Positions 39,254-49,165 of a stretch of DNA of 64,000 bases are shown here, one piece after another. Origin of the DNA: an uncultured virus (IMG/VR IMGVR_UViG_3300042731_005566) (lineage: Duplodnaviria > Heunggongvirae > Uroviricota > Caudoviricetes); IMG/VR virus record IMGVR_UViG_3300042731_005566. One strand, written 5' to 3'. Position 1 is the stretch's first letter; every line of letters begins with the position of its first letter. A model generated the notes under the pieces. That model had not been told where the DNA came from. It made no database searches and worked only from the letters and a program-made list of their open reading frames with translations. The translations under genes were made by a program, and so were the position numbers.

Positions 39254-40377
39254 AGCCAAAGACAAAACGAGTGCGGTGGGAGTGCCCGAACGGCGAGCAC
39301 CCGGGTGTGCTCGGCTCGACTCGTCCACCCAAGGATTCCATCGTGCGCTACTGCCTTCCCTGCTCTGAGGCGAGCGGTCGCCTGGTCGAGCGCGTGGCGC
39401 CGGCTCTGGAACGCAAGCGCGCTGCGAAGACCGCAGCTCGGAAGACCAAGGCGCAGAAGCAGCAGGAGCGCGAGGCCGCGAGGATGCGCGAGTGGCCAAA
39501 CGCGCTCCACTTGATCTTCGAGCACGCGAAGCGGCTCAAGTGCTGGCGCAAAGAGGTCAAGCACGCGAAGCTAGAGCTGCGCCACTCGAAGACGCGCTCC
39601 TTCAGTCCAGGACATGCGCACTACCTCAGCGGCCGCATCACGATGACTGCCGGCAGCGACGTCGGTGGCGCCATCGAGACGCTGGTCCACGAGCTGGCAC
39701 ACATCGCTCACTTCGAGCGCTACGAGCGCAAGACCTATTTCAACTACGACCTGGAAAGCAGCAAGCGCAAGCCGCACGGGTCGCGCTTCTACGGCGTCCT
39801 GTTCGAGGCCAGCGCTGAGCTGCTCGGCGAGCAGTACATGGGAGGCATCCGCGCTGCGGCCCGCGAGCGCAACCAGCGCGAAAGCGGCGGTAGCCGAGCA
39901 ACAGCACCACACATCGACGCCGAGCTGAGCCGACGCTACAACCGGGCTGTCGCCGACGGCGTGTTTGCTGACTTCGGTCTGACCGAGACACGCATCAAGG
40001 CCGCGCCGTCGAAGTCGCGTGCCAAGGAGACCACGCCGGGCCGCGTGACCTTCACGATCCCGTCGCCCATCGAAGCTCCCCTCGGACTCGACGACACAGC
40101 CCGTGAATGGCGTCAGCGCTTCCCCGAGCTGCGCGAGGCCTACGACAACGGGAAGCGGGGCCGTGCCGGCCGTGGCTACTACACGCGCGTCGAGGGCCCA
40201 TTCATCATCCTCGATCAACTGGCCGCCCTGATACGTGACACTGTTGACGCATACGGTTGCCGCGCAGCGGATTGTCTCTATGAGCGGTTGAAGACCCACA
40301 AGCGTGCAGCTGATCGAGAAGCCTCAGCCGTCGTACAGCTCTTCGTCACGCTCGGCAAACTAAAGGATGCGCGATGA
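39250..40377 (+). CDS. SprT-like zinc metalloprotease domain protein
   Basis: TLVHELAHIAH...PHGSRF. Confidence 0.7.
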   Translation: MKPKTKRVRWECPNGEHPGVLGSTRPPKDSIVRYCLPCSEASGRLVERVAPALERKRAAKTAARKTKAQKQQEREAARMREWPNALHLIFEHAKRLKCWRKEVKHAKLELRHSKTRSFSPGHAHYLSGRITMTAGSDVGGAIETLVHELAHIAHFERYERKTYFNYDLESSKRKPHGSRFYGVLFEASAELLGEQYMGGIRAAARERNQRESGGSRATAPHIDAELSRRYNRAVADGVFADFGLTETRIKAAPSKSRAKETTPGRVTFTIPSPIEAPLGLDDTAREWRQRFPELREAYDNGKRGRAGRGYYTRVEGPFIILDQLAALIRDTVDAYGCRAADCLYERLKTHKRAADREASAVVQLFVTLGKLKDAR

Positions 40378-40534
40378 AACAGCAAATCCCCACCATCAAC
40401 TGGACCCACACAAAGCTGGAGCGCTTCGCCAAGCTCGTGGAGGCCACCAAGGGCGATACCCTGGTGTTCGAGGGCCACACGTTTGACAAGCGCTACGCGG
40501 AGTACCTGATCGAGTTTCTGCGAGCCCAACTGCT

Positions 40535-40774
40535 ATGAACGACGCCACAACCAAGCTCAAAGTACGTGTGCACAAAGCACTCGATACCCTCCTGCATGAC
40601 GTGCTCAAGAACGTGTCCGTGAGTGACGAGCTACAGGTGCGTCTCGTTGTGACACTCGCGATCCGTGAGTGGACGCTCACACAAGTAGACTACCTGACCA
40701 AATCCCAGACGCTGATCGACGCGTACAAAGAGAAGCGTGACCGCGAAGTAGCAGATAACTGTCCACCGAAGTGA
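40535..40774 (+). CDS. Hypothetical protein
   Basis: ORF ends inside the 57-bp direct repeat. Confidence 0.5.
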   Translation: MNDATTKLKVRVHKALDTLLHDVLKNVSVSDELQVRLVVTLAIREWTLTQVDYLTKSQTLIDAYKEKRDREVADNCPPK

Positions 40775-41090
40775 TCGAACGGCCCCGAGGGGTGAAAAGG
40801 ATCAACGATGAAACATAACATCCTGTACGTCGTCACCTACCGCACGCCGCACCTACCAGGCGTTGCTATCGTGTACGCAGCGTCGCCCGCTGAAGCGGTT
40901 GCGCTGGCACGCAGCGCGCCCGATCCAAACGACCCGAACTGCAAGCTGGAGCGTGAAGACCTCGACGTTGAGCCGCTCACCAAATCAGATAGCTCGGCTG
41001 TCCTCTACGACTTCTGCCACGAGGAGTAGTACAAACTGTCCACCGAAGTGATCGAACGGCCCCGAGGGGCAAAAAGGATCAACGATGAAA
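40757..41090 (+). repeat. 57-bp direct repeat (40757-40813 and 41034-41090) flanking a small gene
   Basis: 55/57 identical; each copy holds the hairpin, an AAAAGGA RBS and ATGAAA. Confidence 0.9.
40808..41029 (+). CDS. Small hypothetical protein between direct repeats
   Basis: RBS and start supplied by repeat copy 1. Confidence 0.6.
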   Translation: MKHNILYVVTYRTPHLPGVAIVYAASPAEAVALARSAPDPNDPNCKLEREDLDVEPLTKSDSSAVLYDFCHEE

Positions 41091-41249
41091 TCCGTAGCAT
41101 TGGACCTCGATATTCACGAAGCGAACGCGCTAATCGCGCTGCTTTCTGTGGCCGCGGACGATGACCTGGAGACTCTTGCGCGACTGCTCGCAGTACGCAA
41201 CCGGCTTCGACAGCTCACTAGGTGGGCGCAACGCTAGGGAGCCTAATCG

Positions 41250-41471
41250 ATGAGCGAGAACTACTGGGACAAGCAGCAGGTCAAGATGTTCGTGGGAGAC
41301 GTGCGCAAGCAGGTGGGTAACGGTTGGAGCTACCTCGGCCGGCCGGTACAGGAAGCCCTCATCGCCGCCAGGGCTTTCCAAGTGTGCCGTAGCCAGGCAA
41401 GCGAGACGGTCCCGGTGGAAGCGATGGACGAACTCTACGATCGCATGATGACTGAAGCAGGACTCAGCTAA
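41250..41471 (+). CDS. Hypothetical protein
   Basis: GGGAG RBS. Confidence 0.6.
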   Translation: MSENYWDKQQVKMFVGDVRKQVGNGWSYLGRPVQEALIAARAFQVCRSQASETVPVEAMDELYDRMMTEAGLS

Positions 41472-41648
41472 TGTTTCTTGTGATCTGTATAAACGACGGC
41501 GCGTACCACCTTGCTACCCACACGGTGTTCCGTAGTCGGCGTTTGGCCAATTGGTACAGGTCCACCATCTCCCCCGACCGCCGGGCCATCGTCGTGCACT
41601 ACGATGGCAGGTTTCTTCGCGACGACGCAGAGGAACGCTTCGGCAAAC

Positions 41649-42731
41649 ATGGCTAAGCTACCACCAGATTGGCACCGCCGAAGTTTCGCGCAGAAGCTCT
41701 CGTTCGTCGCGTGTGCCATGCGGCATGGTCCGCGACCGTCAGCGAGCCACCGCGAGTGGCTCTACGATCTCGCCAAGGATCAAGCGAAGCTTCGCCTCAT
41801 CTTGGATGCTGGTAAACGGTTCCAGAACGGCCCGCTGCTCGCCACTGTCAAAGGCAGCGAGATGGACAGTTGGGACGTGGCTGTCAGCGAGGCAGCTGTG
41901 CGCTACCACGCGCACGAGCGTTGGGCAGACTACGGCTGCCAGACGTTTCAGGTCGGCGAGTCCCTTGCTGCACTGCTCGCGCTCACGGACGCGACCGTGG
42001 GCTACGACGCCATTGAGTGGCCGTTTCCGGCGTTCCTACTAGAAGTGCCCGCAGGCTATCTACCGGTGCTCGATCTGCCAGCATATCGTGAGCGCCCCGT
42101 ACGCATCCTCGTGCACGACCACCTGCGAGCACAAGGTTACGGACCTGATCATGACGTACCCGAGGAGCGGTGGCTTCACATCGAGGCGTTCTTTGGGGAC
42201 CACACACTTGCTAGTTGCGCCATCAACAAACGGGTAGAAGACCTGGCCGACGGCATCGCCAAAGATCTGCTCAAGACCTACGGCGACGGCTACTCACCAG
42301 AGTTGGTCGAGGTGCGTAACGGTGGCAAATCGCAGCAAGTCATGGAAGCGATCCTCAGCTTCGTATGTGGCTTCGCGCTCTGGTTCACTAGTACGGGAGG
42401 CACTGAGCATCGAACGCCAACCTCCAAGCTGAACAAGCGCAAGGTGAAGAAAACCAAGATTGGTTGGCCCACAGTATGGATCGTCGGACGCTCTGTGAAG
42501 CTCGACCGCGCGTTGCGAGAGGCTGCAAAAGAAGCAGCGTTGACTGCGCGTACCCGTAGTGGGTGGCGCTTGAAAAAGCAACAGTTGGTCAGCGGGCACT
42601 GGAAGCAACAGCCCCACGGTCCCGGCCGCAAACTGCGAAAACTGATCCACGTCGCGCCCTATCTACGGGGTCCTGACGGCGATGAAGCGTGGACTCGCGT
42701 CTACAAAGCAACGAAGGAAGACGAATCATGA
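41649..42731 (+). CDS. Phage protein with conserved C-terminal GHW motif
   Basis: VSGHWKQQPHGPGRKLRKLIHVAPYLRGP, a motif recurrent in phage hypotheticals. Confidence 0.7.
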   Translation: MAKLPPDWHRRSFAQKLSFVACAMRHGPRPSASHREWLYDLAKDQAKLRLILDAGKRFQNGPLLATVKGSEMDSWDVAVSEAAVRYHAHERWADYGCQTFQVGESLAALLALTDATVGYDAIEWPFPAFLLEVPAGYLPVLDLPAYRERPVRILVHDHLRAQGYGPDHDVPEERWLHIEAFFGDHTLASCAINKRVEDLADGIAKDLLKTYGDGYSPELVEVRNGGKSQQVMEAILSFVCGFALWFTSTGGTEHRTPTSKLNKRKVKKTKIGWPTVWIVGRSVKLDRALREAAKEAALTARTRSGWRLKKQQLVSGHWKQQPHGPGRKLRKLIHVAPYLRGPDGDEAWTRVYKATKEDES

Positions 42732-43005
42732 AACGCTGCGGCGTCTGCAAGAACTGCGTAGAGCTGGCGAAGGTGCAACGGTCGGTGCTGCGTGTTGTGA
42801 ACCCGCCCTTCTCACACGCCGACGATGACGCTGTGAGGCTCTGGAACGCCGAGCTGGAGAAGCTGCCGTGCCTCAAGGAGACTGAGCGATTCGAGCACTC
42901 CGGGCGAGCCCATTAAGCGGTAAGTATTCAACGGGTTACGCTGGTGAATAACACAGCAGCACACCGCGTCGAACACGAAAGGCCCCGAGGGGCACTGGGA
43001 AAGCT

Positions 43006-43239
43006 ATGAAAACGGTCATCGACTACACCACCTGCTGCGATGACTGTCTGTGCAGCTACCTGCGTATCCACACTCCCGAGCAGCGGTTCACGCATCCGAA
43101 ACCCTTCTACTGCCTCCACCCGAAGTTCGAGCACGAGAACAAGAAGGTGACCCAAGAGGACAAGCCATTCTCCCAGCGACCCGACTGGTGCCCTCTTGCT
43201 GAAGAATCAGTACTCATTACAGTGAAGCCGAAAGACTAA
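43006..43239 (+). CDS. Small Cys-rich protein
   Basis: CCDDC...C...RPDWCPL; follows the hairpin element. Confidence 0.6.
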   Translation: MKTVIDYTTCCDDCLCSYLRIHTPEQRFTHPKPFYCLHPKFEHENKKVTQEDKPFSQRPDWCPLAEESVLITVKPKD

Positions 43240-43251
43240 CGATGCGGAACG

Positions 43252-44145
43252 ATGCGGAGGTTTGATATGCGGTTTGCTATCTGTAGTACGATTTGCACTG
43301 TCTGTGCGTGCAGTACGGACACACTTGCTACGGATGTGGACGCGGCATTTGTAGACGCTGGCACAGACGACGCGGACAGTACAGACGACGCGGATGTTGA
43401 CGCGACCGCGGATGTTGACGCGACTATCGTATTGTCAGACGCACTATTCATCGTAGACGCAGCAGTGGATGCTGTGTTGTCGCCGGATGCCGACGTGCCG
43501 CCGGATGCAGTACTGCCACCGGATGCTGCTCCACTACCGGATGCGTATGCTTCACCGGATGCGTATGCTTCACCGGATGCATATGCTTCACCAGATGCGT
43601 ATGTTCCTCCGGCGGACGCTATTGCGCTTCCAGATGCAGTACCGCCGTCAGACGCGTACGTACCGCTGCCAGACGCGTACGTACCGCCGCCAGAGCCCTG
43701 GAATCCACTCCCCGAGCACTTCGACGTGGTCTGGACTTACACTGGCAACTGCGCGGGAGACCCGATTCCGGCGAACGGAATTTTCGACTTCCGTGACTAT
43801 ACGGAGCTGACCGTTATCGACCACGGTTACGAGAATATCGATATGGTCTTCTCGAAGCCAGGTAGTAGCAGCAGCAAGTACTTCGACGCGGAGCTATTTG
43901 TTGGATGGGAGTTCGAGTGGGACGTCGAGGAAGCGTACCTTCGGCCGTTTTCCAATGGCGCGTGTCCGTGGCTTCCATCCACGATCCGATTTGCTGCACA
44001 CACAGCCGAACAAGTCTCGGACACACAGCTCGTAGGAGAGTCCCGTGTGATCGGCTGGACGATTTGTTTTCCCGCAGGGCAGCCGCCCGGCACGCCACCT
44101 GGGTGCCGCAACGACTGGCAGTACGTTGCTACTGTAGCTCCGTGA
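43252..44145 (+). CDS. Secreted/lipoprotein-like protein with PDA low-complexity repeats
   Basis: VCAC lipobox-like signal; (P)PDA(Y/V) repeats including an 18-nt unit x3. Confidence 0.65.
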   Translation: MRRFDMRFAICSTICTVCACSTDTLATDVDAAFVDAGTDDADSTDDADVDATADVDATIVLSDALFIVDAAVDAVLSPDADVPPDAVLPPDAAPLPDAYASPDAYASPDAYASPDAYVPPADAIALPDAVPPSDAYVPLPDAYVPPPEPWNPLPEHFDVVWTYTGNCAGDPIPANGIFDFRDYTELTVIDHGYENIDMVFSKPGSSSSKYFDAELFVGWEFEWDVEEAYLRPFSNGACPWLPSTIRFAAHTAEQVSDTQLVGESRVIGWTICFPAGQPPGTPPGCRNDWQYVATVAP

Positions 44146-44152
44146 GGCAACA

Positions 44153-44593
44153 ATGACGAACGCGCAACGTATCAGCTCAGCGATCTCCTCGCGCGCCATA
44201 GGCGTCGTCGAGGCACTCTGGAGCACGGACCTCCCCGAGGAAGTGCTCGCTGACGCCATCACGGACGCGCTCTACGAGTCTGCACGCGTCGTAGTTGGTT
44301 GGAGTGATTTCGGCATCGGCAGCTACGAATGCCGCGGAGCACGTGGCACGGACATCAATTGGCAGCCTGAGGTCGATGACGAGGAGAGCTATGCGGTCGT
44401 CGCGATCCGTGCTCCCGCAGGCCTGACGTTGCCGTCGCTGCGCCTAACAATGCATGGCGGCGGCTGCACGGGAGATCATCCCGGACCGTGCCACTTAGGG
44501 TGCCGGTCGTGGGACACCGATGTCCGATGGCGCCCGATCTACACTGAGAAACGCGATGACGGATGGCTTTACGCCATCTACCAAGGAAGCTAG
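44153..44593 (+). CDS. Hypothetical protein
   Basis: DFGIGSYECRGARG.D motif of small phage proteins. Confidence 0.55.
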   Translation: MTNAQRISSAISSRAIGVVEALWSTDLPEEVLADAITDALYESARVVVGWSDFGIGSYECRGARGTDINWQPEVDDEESYAVVAIRAPAGLTLPSLRLTMHGGGCTGDHPGPCHLGCRSWDTDVRWRPIYTEKRDDGWLYAIYQGS

Positions 44594-44628
44594 TCCGTTA
44601 GTCCGTAACCTACAACACAGGAGCAGAA

Positions 44629-45219
44629 ATGAGACACGCAATCGCAATCACAATCGTACTCGGAATCACAGGTCTGGAAGGAATCGCGTCCGCGGATTAC
44701 GGCGCGAAGGGGGTCATCGAGGTCGGCGGCTCGATCAGCACGTCGCATATGACGACCACGATGGAGTTCGACGCCACAGGTCAGGAGGCAGAGATCACAA
44801 AGACCTCGATCGAGGTCGCGCCGATGGTTGCGTACTTCGTGGCACCCGGCGTGTATGTCGGCGTCGCGCCTTTCATATCGCATGACATCACAGACTCCGA
44901 CGGCGATACCTCAACAGAGACGACTCTCGGTGTGCGTGTTGCCGGTGCGTACCTGATCAACGGCGGCAAAGTCTACTACGGCCCGATTCTCGCAGTTGGT
45001 GTTGAGAACCTCGGCGTGGACGAGAGCGAGTCCATGACCATGTCTGGATTCGACGTCGGTGGTGGCCTGCTGCTGCGTGTTCCAGTCGGCAAACACGGCC
45101 TCGTGGGTGGTGGCGTCACGTACAACTTCATGTCACTGTCCGGCGAGTACGCCGACATGGACCTGTCCTCGTCCGTCTCGGGCCTGGACGTGTCGCTAGA
45201 ATTCGGGCTATTCTTCTAA
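44629..45219 (+). CDS. Outer-membrane beta-barrel protein
   Basis: Signal peptide ending ASA; alternating amphipathic strands; C-terminal LEFGLFF. Confidence 0.75.
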   Translation: MRHAIAITIVLGITGLEGIASADYGAKGVIEVGGSISTSHMTTTMEFDATGQEAEITKTSIEVAPMVAYFVAPGVYVGVAPFISHDITDSDGDTSTETTLGVRVAGAYLINGGKVYYGPILAVGVENLGVDESESMTMSGFDVGGGLLLRVPVGKHGLVGGGVTYNFMSLSGEYADMDLSSSVSGLDVSLEFGLFF

Positions 45220-45278
45220 GAGAAGGCCCAAGACCAAGAACCGACGACCGACGGCCCCGAGGGGCGAGGAGAACATCG

Positions 45279-46013
45279 ATGCAGCCATTCACCAGGACCG
45301 TAGAGGAATTTCTCAAAGGCGAGGCGCGCACGTACAAGAGCGCGAAAGGTCGCTACTCGACCGACGGTCAATACTTCTACAGCTACCAAATGGCCATCGC
45401 ATGGCGACGAGGCCATGCGCACGTCGAAGTTCTCCACGACGACCGCCTACCCTCGCTCACCACACTGCGCCACGCGGAACAGCTGTGCCAGCTAATAGGT
45501 GGTTATGGAACGGCTCAGCTTACTGTCGTGTACGACTTCGACGCGACACGGTGTGAGACGTGTGGTGAGTATCATAAAGACCACGCTTACCCCTCCTACG
45601 GCTATGGTACGCGCGACACGTTTCGTAGCGGCCAAGACGTGTGCGCGTACCATCAGGCTCTCCGCGAGGAGGATGCGTTGGAGGCTCGCGGTCTCGTACA
45701 AGCGTCTCACCTCCAACAGCTCGCTGCCGTACGAGATGCAGCGCTCGACTACAACGTCGTCACCATCCCATGCAAGAGTGAATGCAAACGTACATTGTGG
45801 ATCGAGCCGCTGGCCCGGACGATCCTCGAACTGCCCACGTCCGTGCCCTACAAACACAAGCGTGCGCTCCTAAAACGGATCGGCCGCGATTCGGAGTTCC
45901 GCCAGGCAGTAGAAGCGCTAGCTGCCGCGCCGAGGGCGCTGCTAGCATTCGCGAAGAACTACGCGGAGGAACATCTACCGCTACCCCGACAGCTCACCCT
46001 CGATCTAGAGTAG
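45279..46013 (+). CDS. Hypothetical protein (shared helical module at C-terminus)
   Basis: GAGGAG RBS after the hairpin; FYSYQMAIA..SLTTLRH; KRALLKRIGRDSEFRQAVEA. Confidence 0.65.
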   Translation: MQPFTRTVEEFLKGEARTYKSAKGRYSTDGQYFYSYQMAIAWRRGHAHVEVLHDDRLPSLTTLRHAEQLCQLIGGYGTAQLTVVYDFDATRCETCGEYHKDHAYPSYGYGTRDTFRSGQDVCAYHQALREEDALEARGLVQASHLQQLAAVRDAALDYNVVTIPCKSECKRTLWIEPLARTILELPTSVPYKHKRALLKRIGRDSEFRQAVEALAAAPRALLAFAKNYAEEHLPLPRQLTLDLE

Positions 46014-46026
46014 ACTGGGAAGGAAG

Positions 46027-46269
46027 ATGAGACAGTACGTGCGCATCAAGTTTCAGCCTGTGGGTAAACGTCCCCGTTGGTATTGGGCGATCAAGCTAAG
46101 ACAGGGTCGCTACAAGCGCACGACCAAAGAGGGTGATCCATGCATTGCTGAACGGCGACGCCCTGACGGAGTCATCGTCTGTACTGAGGAGCTTCTGATC
46201 GGCGAGCCTATCGAGGAGCGGCCAGCCCGCATGAACCTCCACTACGCGTGGCTTGAGGAGATCAAATGA
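46027..46269 (+). CDS. Hypothetical protein
   Basis: AAGGAAG RBS. Confidence 0.55.
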   Translation: MRQYVRIKFQPVGKRPRWYWAIKLRQGRYKRTTKEGDPCIAERRRPDGVIVCTEELLIGEPIEERPARMNLHYAWLEEIK

Positions 46270-46763
46270 GAATTCCATGTAACCCAGGCCCGCATCACTG
46301 GGCAGGACCCCACGGTGGCTGTTTCCGCCCGGCCGGCCCCATTCACAAGATTGATGACGGCGCCCTCGCGGGCTTCCTCGACGGCTACGCCTGGTCGAGC
46401 AGGAGCACGCTGTCAGCGCGCATCATCGTCGGCTTCAGCGTCGGGGATACGCCGACCTGGGACATCGACGATCTGATCCCCATCGTCCAGGAGATCCGCC
46501 TCGCGCAAGGCGCGGCGCCCAACGCAAGCTTCCTCGCGCAGCGGGGCATCTACCAGCACCGGGATCCGCGAAAGGGGATCGTAGTCGAGGACGGCGCGCA
46601 GATTCTCATCATCAACATGGAGGACCTCTCCGAGGCTGAGTTCGAGCAGCAGATGGCCGACCTCGCCGCGGACCTCGCCGAGCAACTGAAGCAGGAAGAG
46701 GTGATCCTGGAGATCCAGCGCAACGGCGTGACGCTGCAAACCCACGGCATCGTCCCCGACTAG
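46266..46763 (+). CDS. Hypothetical protein
   Basis: GAGGAG RBS; strong GC3 bias; ends LKQEEVILEIQ. Confidence 0.65.
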   Translation: MRIPCNPGPHHWAGPHGGCFRPAGPIHKIDDGALAGFLDGYAWSSRSTLSARIIVGFSVGDTPTWDIDDLIPIVQEIRLAQGAAPNASFLAQRGIYQHRDPRKGIVVEDGAQILIINMEDLSEAEFEQQMADLAADLAEQLKQEEVILEIQRNGVTLQTHGIVPD

Positions 46764-46770
46764 ATGGAGA

Positions 46771-47118
46771 GTGCTGATGCGACCACTCACACCCACTATG
46801 AAGCGCGCGCTCTGCGCGATCAACAACGCCCGCGGACCAGTGATCTCGGCCTACAGTGGGCGCGCAAGTGACCGCACGCCCGCATACGCGGCCGGCGTAG
46901 ACATCACGCACCGAACGCTCAATGCGCTCAAGCGCCGCGGGCTCGTCAAGGTCGTCCGCACTGACCCTGGCCGCCACGTGTTGCAGTATGGACAACGTGG
47001 ACACCGGGTCGTGCACTGGGTGGATCTCTACTGGGAACTGACCGACGCCGGTCGAGCAGCTACAACCTGTACAGAGAGTGCTGAGGCCAAACCGCGCAAG
47101 CGAAAGGCGAGACGATGA
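46771..47118 (+). CDS. Winged-helix-like protein
   Basis: TLNALKRRGLV...WELTDAGR. Confidence 0.55.
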   Translation: MLMRPLTPTMKRALCAINNARGPVISAYSGRASDRTPAYAAGVDITHRTLNALKRRGLVKVVRTDPGRHVLQYGQRGHRVVHWVDLYWELTDAGRAATTCTESAEAKPRKRKARR

Positions 47119-47345
47119 GGATTCTGCGAGAGCGCACCTGGCAAGTCACAAGCAAAGAGCCGTGCGATGACGACACTGAATGAGGATTTGACGGAGCTTG
47201 TCGGTGTGTTCTCTGGTGAGGACGGCGGTGTGACGTTCGTGCTTGTGCGCCAATTTGTCGAGCAGTGCGAGGCGGAGGGACGCGACCTACCGTTTCTTCG
47301 TCAGATGGCGCGTATGTGTCGGATCTTGCGTTTGCGTATGGAGGG

Positions 47346-47699
47346 ATGAGGTTGGACGCAACGGAAAGGCAGGTGACGCTAGACATGGCGAACCTGCGAC
47401 CGAGTGTCACTGGCATAGGCGCATACGTCCACGTCTATCAGAATCTCGATCAGCGAGCCCGACACTGCCCGCGGATCAAGGTGTACCCGGGTAGTCCGGG
47501 CGCAGGCGACGCTACCACAATTGCGATCCCTCACCATGCCGATCCGTACGTGTTGGGCAGCATCACAGTGTCGCAGGCTGTGCTGCGACGGGCTCTGGAG
47601 TTCGCCGAGCTGAATCGTGAGGCACTGACACAGTACTGGGTAGATCCTGACATGGGCACCGACGAGCTGATCGACGAGCTGATGGCTGTGGACGAATAG
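47346..47699 (+). CDS. DUF4160-like protein (MANLRP type), paralog 1
   Basis: MANLRPSVTG...RARHCPRIKVYPG...N.EAL..YW; paralog of 48265..48588. Confidence 0.6.
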   Translation: MRLDATERQVTLDMANLRPSVTGIGAYVHVYQNLDQRARHCPRIKVYPGSPGAGDATTIAIPHHADPYVLGSITVSQAVLRRALEFAELNREALTQYWVDPDMGTDELIDELMAVDE

Positions 47700-47717
47700 G
47701 GGTAAAGTAGGTAGAGG

Positions 47718-47969
47718 ATGCTGGGCTCACCACAGGTATATCGCGAGCGGAACTTCTCGTTCCAAGTGTTCTTCAATGAGGGGAGTGAACCTCCGCACGT
47801 ACACGTCGTTCGAGGTGATGGGGCTGCGAAAGTGTGGCTCGATCCCGTCAGCCTGTGTTGGAACCGGGGGTTCAATCGCAGCGAACTGCGCTGGATTCTC
47901 CAGCGGATTGCCGAGCTGCACACCTTCTTCATGGAGCAATGGAATGCCATCCAAACGCAAGCTCGGTAG
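47718..47969 (+). CDS. DUF4160 family protein
   Basis: FFNEGSEPPHVHVVRGDGAAKVWLDPV...WN. Confidence 0.8.
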   Translation: MLGSPQVYRERNFSFQVFFNEGSEPPHVHVVRGDGAAKVWLDPVSLCWNRGFNRSELRWILQRIAELHTFFMEQWNAIQTQAR

Positions 47970-48222
47970 ACGCAAGCCGCCGCCTTTCGCCCGCAGCGCT
48001 AAGGTCATTGGCACGACGTTGGAGATTTCGCTAGACAACGGAACGACAGCCGTCTGCCCACTCGACCCTTATCCTGGAATCAAGCTCGCGCCGGAGCGTG
48101 CACGCCGCCGGGTGCGTGTAATTCGGCCCGGAATCGGGCTTCGGTGGCCTGACCTTGGCTATGAGCTGGGTATCGAGGGACTCCTGCGAAACTGCACGAT
48201 TACGAGCCGGCGGCGTAGGTGA
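47944..48222 (+). CDS. DUF2442 family protein
   Basis: ISLDNG...PLDPYPGI...GIGLRWPDLGYELGIEGLL; usual partner of DUF4160. Confidence 0.7.
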   Translation: MPSKRKLGRRKPPPFARSAKVIGTTLEISLDNGTTAVCPLDPYPGIKLAPERARRRVRVIRPGIGLRWPDLGYELGIEGLLRNCTITSRRRR

Positions 48223-48264
48223 GCGGAAGGGCGACGCGCAGCGGGCCAAACACGGAGACACGCA

Positions 48265-48588
48265 ATGTTCGGAATGGCAAACCTGCGACCGGAGCACACA
48301 GGAGTCCCGGTCATTCTGCACGCGCTCAAAGACGTCGAGCACCGCGCCAGGCACGCGCCGCGGGTCAAGGCGTTCCCGGGGAGGCCCCACGAGGGACACG
48401 CAACGATTATCGCGATCCCAACTCACGACGAGGACTACGCCAAAGTCGTGGGCAGCGCGACGATCCGCGGCGCCGCACTCCGCCGGGCGCTGGAGTTTGT
48501 CGATCTGAATTGGGAGGCGCTGCTTCTCTACTGGTATGAGCCAGAGTTTGGCGAGGCGGAGCTACGCAATCGACTTGAGGAGGTCTGA
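48265..48588 (+). CDS. DUF4160-like protein (MANLRP type), paralog 2
   Basis: MANLRPEHTG...RARHAPRVKAFPG...LRRALEF..LN.EAL..YW. Confidence 0.6.
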   Translation: MFGMANLRPEHTGVPVILHALKDVEHRARHAPRVKAFPGRPHEGHATIIAIPTHDEDYAKVVGSATIRGAALRRALEFVDLNWEALLLYWYEPEFGEAELRNRLEEV

Positions 48589-48589
48589 G

Positions 48590-49087
48590 ATGCCGATGGG
48601 AGAAGGCTTCTGGATTCATTCGCGGAGCGGGCGCTGGGAGCCCGTCTACGAGCACCTGGACGCGATCCTCGAAGATCCGTCAACGTATGGCTTGTCCGAA
48701 ATCCAGGTCAGGATGAAGCGTGGTGAGAGCGCTGAGGACCGCCGCGAGCGAGTGCTGGTCGCCGCGATGAAGAAAGGCTGGATCCGTGCCCGGAGCCACC
48801 GAGGCTACACGGTGTTCGAGTACTGGACACTCAACCGAAGAATCGCAGACGCGATTTTTGACTTCATCGTTGAGGTGCTCGGTGCGGGGCCTGCGGCAAG
48901 CTACCAGCTCAACGAGATCCGCAGTGGACGTGGTTTCAGCGTCAACGCGCGGGACTTCTACGATCAAGTCGAGGCACAGCTCGCAGGCGCGTGCGCTGAT
49001 CCCGAAGATGCTGGTGGTGAGACGCTCTATCTGCTAGGGTGCGCCATGGGTCAGGGCCGCTGCGCTGACCACCACCCCGAGGGGTAA
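48590..49087 (+). CDS. Hypothetical protein
   Basis: GAGGAGG RBS; AMKKGWIRAR motif. Confidence 0.6.
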   Translation: MPMGEGFWIHSRSGRWEPVYEHLDAILEDPSTYGLSEIQVRMKRGESAEDRRERVLVAAMKKGWIRARSHRGYTVFEYWTLNRRIADAIFDFIVEVLGAGPAASYQLNEIRSGRGFSVNARDFYDQVEAQLAGACADPEDAGGETLYLLGCAMGQGRCADHHPEG

Positions 49088-49165
49088 ATCGCAAAAGGAC
49101 TTGAATACACGTGCAGTCAAGCCGTCTTTACCTGTGTGCCCCGAGGGGCTTTGAGGATTTCTGGA

